Part shown: positions 60,738-61,028 of the stretch, piece after piece
Layout of the letters: every line of letters begins with the position of its first letter
Position numbering within the stretch: position 1 is the stretch's first letter
Origin: a virus
Reading direction: 5' to 3' (one strand)
IMG/VR virus record: IMGVR_UViG_3300003322_000515
Coordinates: 1 to 61,028 of that record
Length of the DNA stretch: 61,028 nucleotides
Program-made: the position numbers and the translations under genes
Notes under the pieces: model-generated
The model's input: only the letters and a program-made list of their open reading frames with translations
Database searches by the model: none
What the model was told of the DNA's origin: nothing

Positions 60738-60745
60738 AAGGGCAA

Positions 60746-60773
60746 TTAATACGATAATTTTTTACGCCCGCAA
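60746..60773 (-). promoter_or_regulatory. Candidate minus-strand promoter reading into the structured element
   Basis: The minus strand reads TTGCGG-16 nt-TATTAA, ending about 8 nt before the closing helix. Confidence 0.35.
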
Positions 60774-60886
60774 GTGGTATGATGATCTAAATATGGCAAG
60801 TTGCTTATATGTTACAAAAGTGTGCGGTTGGCATAAAAACGCACAACGAGAGCCAAGCGGCATGAAGAACGAAGCTGGAATGACAC

Positions 60887-60904
60887 TGTACAAGATTTGT
60901 ACGA
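60887..60904 (+). promoter_or_regulatory. Candidate integrase arm-type site (CTGTACAAGATTTGTACG)
   Basis: Resembles the element at 114-129. Confidence 0.3.
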
Positions 60905-61003
60905 AACCGAGCGTTTTCACGTACATTTTCGCGCTTTGTTCCGCACAGCAAAGCCGCCTCATGTAAAGCGCACTTTTGCTAATCAGTTGTTTTTATTGGA
61001 AAA

Positions 61004-61028
61004 AACTGGTGCTGCTAGAGAGATTTGA
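61004..61028. repeat. attR core direct repeat
   Basis: Exact copy of 1-25. This is the 3' end of the presumably intact minus-strand tRNA, whose body lies beyond the window. Confidence 0.85.

Larger units (their letters stand above)
1..61028. mobile_element. Integrated temperate tailed prophage (HK97-type head, GTA-like siphovirus tail module), att to att
   Basis: Identical 25-bp direct repeats at both window ends. Contains integrase/excisionase, two repressors, a replication module, terminase-portal-protease-capsid-tail-lysis order, and moron-like reverse-strand inserts. Confidence 0.9.

Noticed and set aside
1-61028. CRISPR arrays, IS elements or transposases, rRNA genes.
   Set aside because: - No regularly spaced direct repeats were found.
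- No DDE, serine or Tnp-like ORFs were seen.
- No rRNA-like conserved segments were seen.

Overview
The window is essentially one complete integrated temperate tailed-phage genome in a GC-rich, alphaproteobacterium-like background. All calls rest on motif recognition and hand inspection; no homology search or folding was run.

Boundaries: identical 25-bp direct repeats at 1-25 and 61004-61028. They correspond to the 3' end (T-loop, acceptor strand, CCA) of a minus-strand tRNA gene.

Layout, left to right:
- Leftward arm (0.2-7.8 kb): DNA methyltransferase, tyrosine integrase, excisionase, about 14 small translationally coupled ORFs, and a LexA-like HTH/S24 repressor.
- AT-rich island between two repressor genes (7.8-8.4 kb).
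- Second repressor, with a degenerate S24 domain (8.4-9.0 kb).
- Rightward early/replication genes (9.2-28.8 kb): AAA_24-type ATPase, DUF669-like protein, a beta clamp, a PD-(D/E)XK nuclease, two tandem ECF-like sigma factors, an SF2 helicase, two more methyltransferase-like genes, a prim-pol/AAA primase and a VRR-NUC nuclease.
- About 0.5 kb of structured non-coding leader with tandem terminators.
- Two HNH endonucleases, terminase small and large subunits, an HK97-type portal/protease/capsid module, and a GTA-like tail module with tape measure, tail tip and fibre.
- An O-acetylesterase-type tail protein convergent with an acyltransferase-3 conversion gene.
- Lysis cassette: GH19 endolysin, holin, overlapped spanins.
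- A final rightward operon (54.7-60.3 kb): membrane-anchored trypsin-like protease, metallophosphoesterase, MazG, HD hydrolase and dNMP-kinase-like genes.

Most interesting signals not explained by ordinary annotation:
1. A frame-locked tetrapeptide A-N-D-N (GCN AAY GAY AAY) occurs 22 times in 16 unrelated proteins, always on the coding strand. ANDN is the characteristic start of alphaproteobacterial ssrA (tmRNA) degradation tags.
2. Four proteins end in complete ssrA-tag look-alikes (ANDN-x9-11-AA), and 21 CDSs in total end in Ala-Ala.
3. Four near-identical sigma70-type promoters carry an embedded TGACAAAA/TTTTGTCA inverted repeat and are spread over 45 kb.
4. A conserved hairpin + CCACCAC + GAGGAGAC leader precedes about 17 genes.
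5. An attenuator-like structured leader precedes the late genes.
6. An iteron/inverted-repeat cluster lies downstream of the primase.
7. A roughly 170-nt GC-rich structured element sits next to attR.
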